Source: Gemmatimonadota bacterium (GTDB lineage Bacteria; JBHIER01; G020348925). Taken from it: a stretch of DNA of 64,000 nucleotides. Positions 63,493-64,000 of the stretch are shown piece by piece. The translations under genes and the position numbers were made by a program. Where the stretch lies: positions 824,469 to 888,468 of the forward strand of contig CP070758.1 of assembly GCA_020348925.1 (NCBI GenBank), written 5' to 3'. Each line of letters begins with the position of its first letter. Position 1 is the stretch's first letter. The notes beneath the pieces are model-generated. The model saw only the letters and a list, made by a program, of their open reading frames with translations. It had not been told where the DNA came from and did no database searches.

Positions 63493-63807
63493 TTATTTCA
63501 GAAGCACCATTGATCTGGTTTGTGACCATTGGCCGTTATTCGCCGTCAATTGATAATAGTAGATTCCGCTGGCCATATCGGAAGCATCCCATGTGACCGT
63601 ATGGTGTCCGGCCTTCAAAGGACCATCGACCAGCACGTCCACCACCTGTCCCAATAAATTGTACACTGTCAGAGTGACTTTTTCTGCTTGAGGAAGCCCA
63701 AAAGTAATGTCAGTCTCAGGGTTGAAGGGGTTGGGGTAGTTCTGGGAGAGCTGGTACTCGGCCGGGACCTGAGCCCCTTTGATGAGCTCCATGAACCGCG
63801 CAAAGTT
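63493..63807 (-). CDS. C-terminus of another secreted protein of the same family (linker plus sorting domain; 5' truncated)
   Basis: NFARFMELIKGAQVPAEYQLSQNYPNPFNP...TRSMVLLK. Confidence 0.88.
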   Translation of the reverse strand, partial: NFARFMELIKGAQVPAEYQLSQNYPNPFNPETDITFGLPQAEKVTLTVYNLLGQVVDVLVDGPLKAGHHTVTWDASDMASGIYYYQLTANNGQWSQTRSMVLLK

Positions 63808-63909
63808 NNNNNNNNNNNNNNNNNNNNNNNNNNNNNNNNNNNNNNNNNNNNNNNNNNNNNNNNNNNNNNNNNNNNNNNNNNNNNNNNNNNNNNNNNNNNN
63901 NNNNNNNGG

Positions 63910-64000
63910 ATAATGGCTTGTGTGATGTTTCTGTTTTGGAGTTCAATGTCCTTCGCTCAATGTACGGTCACGGTGACCGCACCGAATGGGAGTGAATCCT
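63910..64000 (+). CDS. Fragment of a secreted protein N-terminus
   Basis: IMACVMFLFWSSMSFAQCTVTVTAPNGSES: signal peptide end plus a TVTAPNGGE-type Ig-like module start. Confidence 0.55.
   Translation, partial: MMACVMFLFWSSMSFAQCTVTVTAPNGSES

Overview
The window is a patchwork of short bacterial contigs joined by ten 100-N spacers, probably from a MAG. The many secreted proteins ending in a 'QNYPNPFNP...ATKRMLLLK' T9SS/FlgD-type tail suggest an FCB-related candidate lineage such as KSB1 or TA06 (inference). Four layers are visible. (1) Housekeeping genes: lon, thrS, rimO, amrS, system II cytochrome c maturation genes, an ECF sigma/anti-sigma operon and a yggS-yggT-divIVA-DUF167-punA-ileS-dksA-lspA-rluD cluster. 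(2) An AT-rich, co-oriented accessory zone (about 21.9-34.7 kb, across two contigs) whose genes are separated by attC-like sites in varying states of decay, with no integrase in the window: an integron cassette array (CALIN-like) including pseudogenes and a small membrane-protein cassette. (3) Mobile elements: a complete 1,243-bp IS256/IS1249-like IS with an 8-bp target duplication, the end of an IS4 element, a probable RAYT remnant with a REP, and several palindromic repeats. (4) A family of large secreted modular proteins with unrelated N-terminal cargo that share a tripartite tail: dockerin, a conserved ~40-aa helical motif I do not recognise, and a sorting domain. An 89-bp piece of this tail is identical between two genes. 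This dockerin-tagged secretome and the decaying attC array, with its unexplained ~150-bp repeat, are the best candidates for novelty. No tRNA, rRNA or CRISPR was seen.
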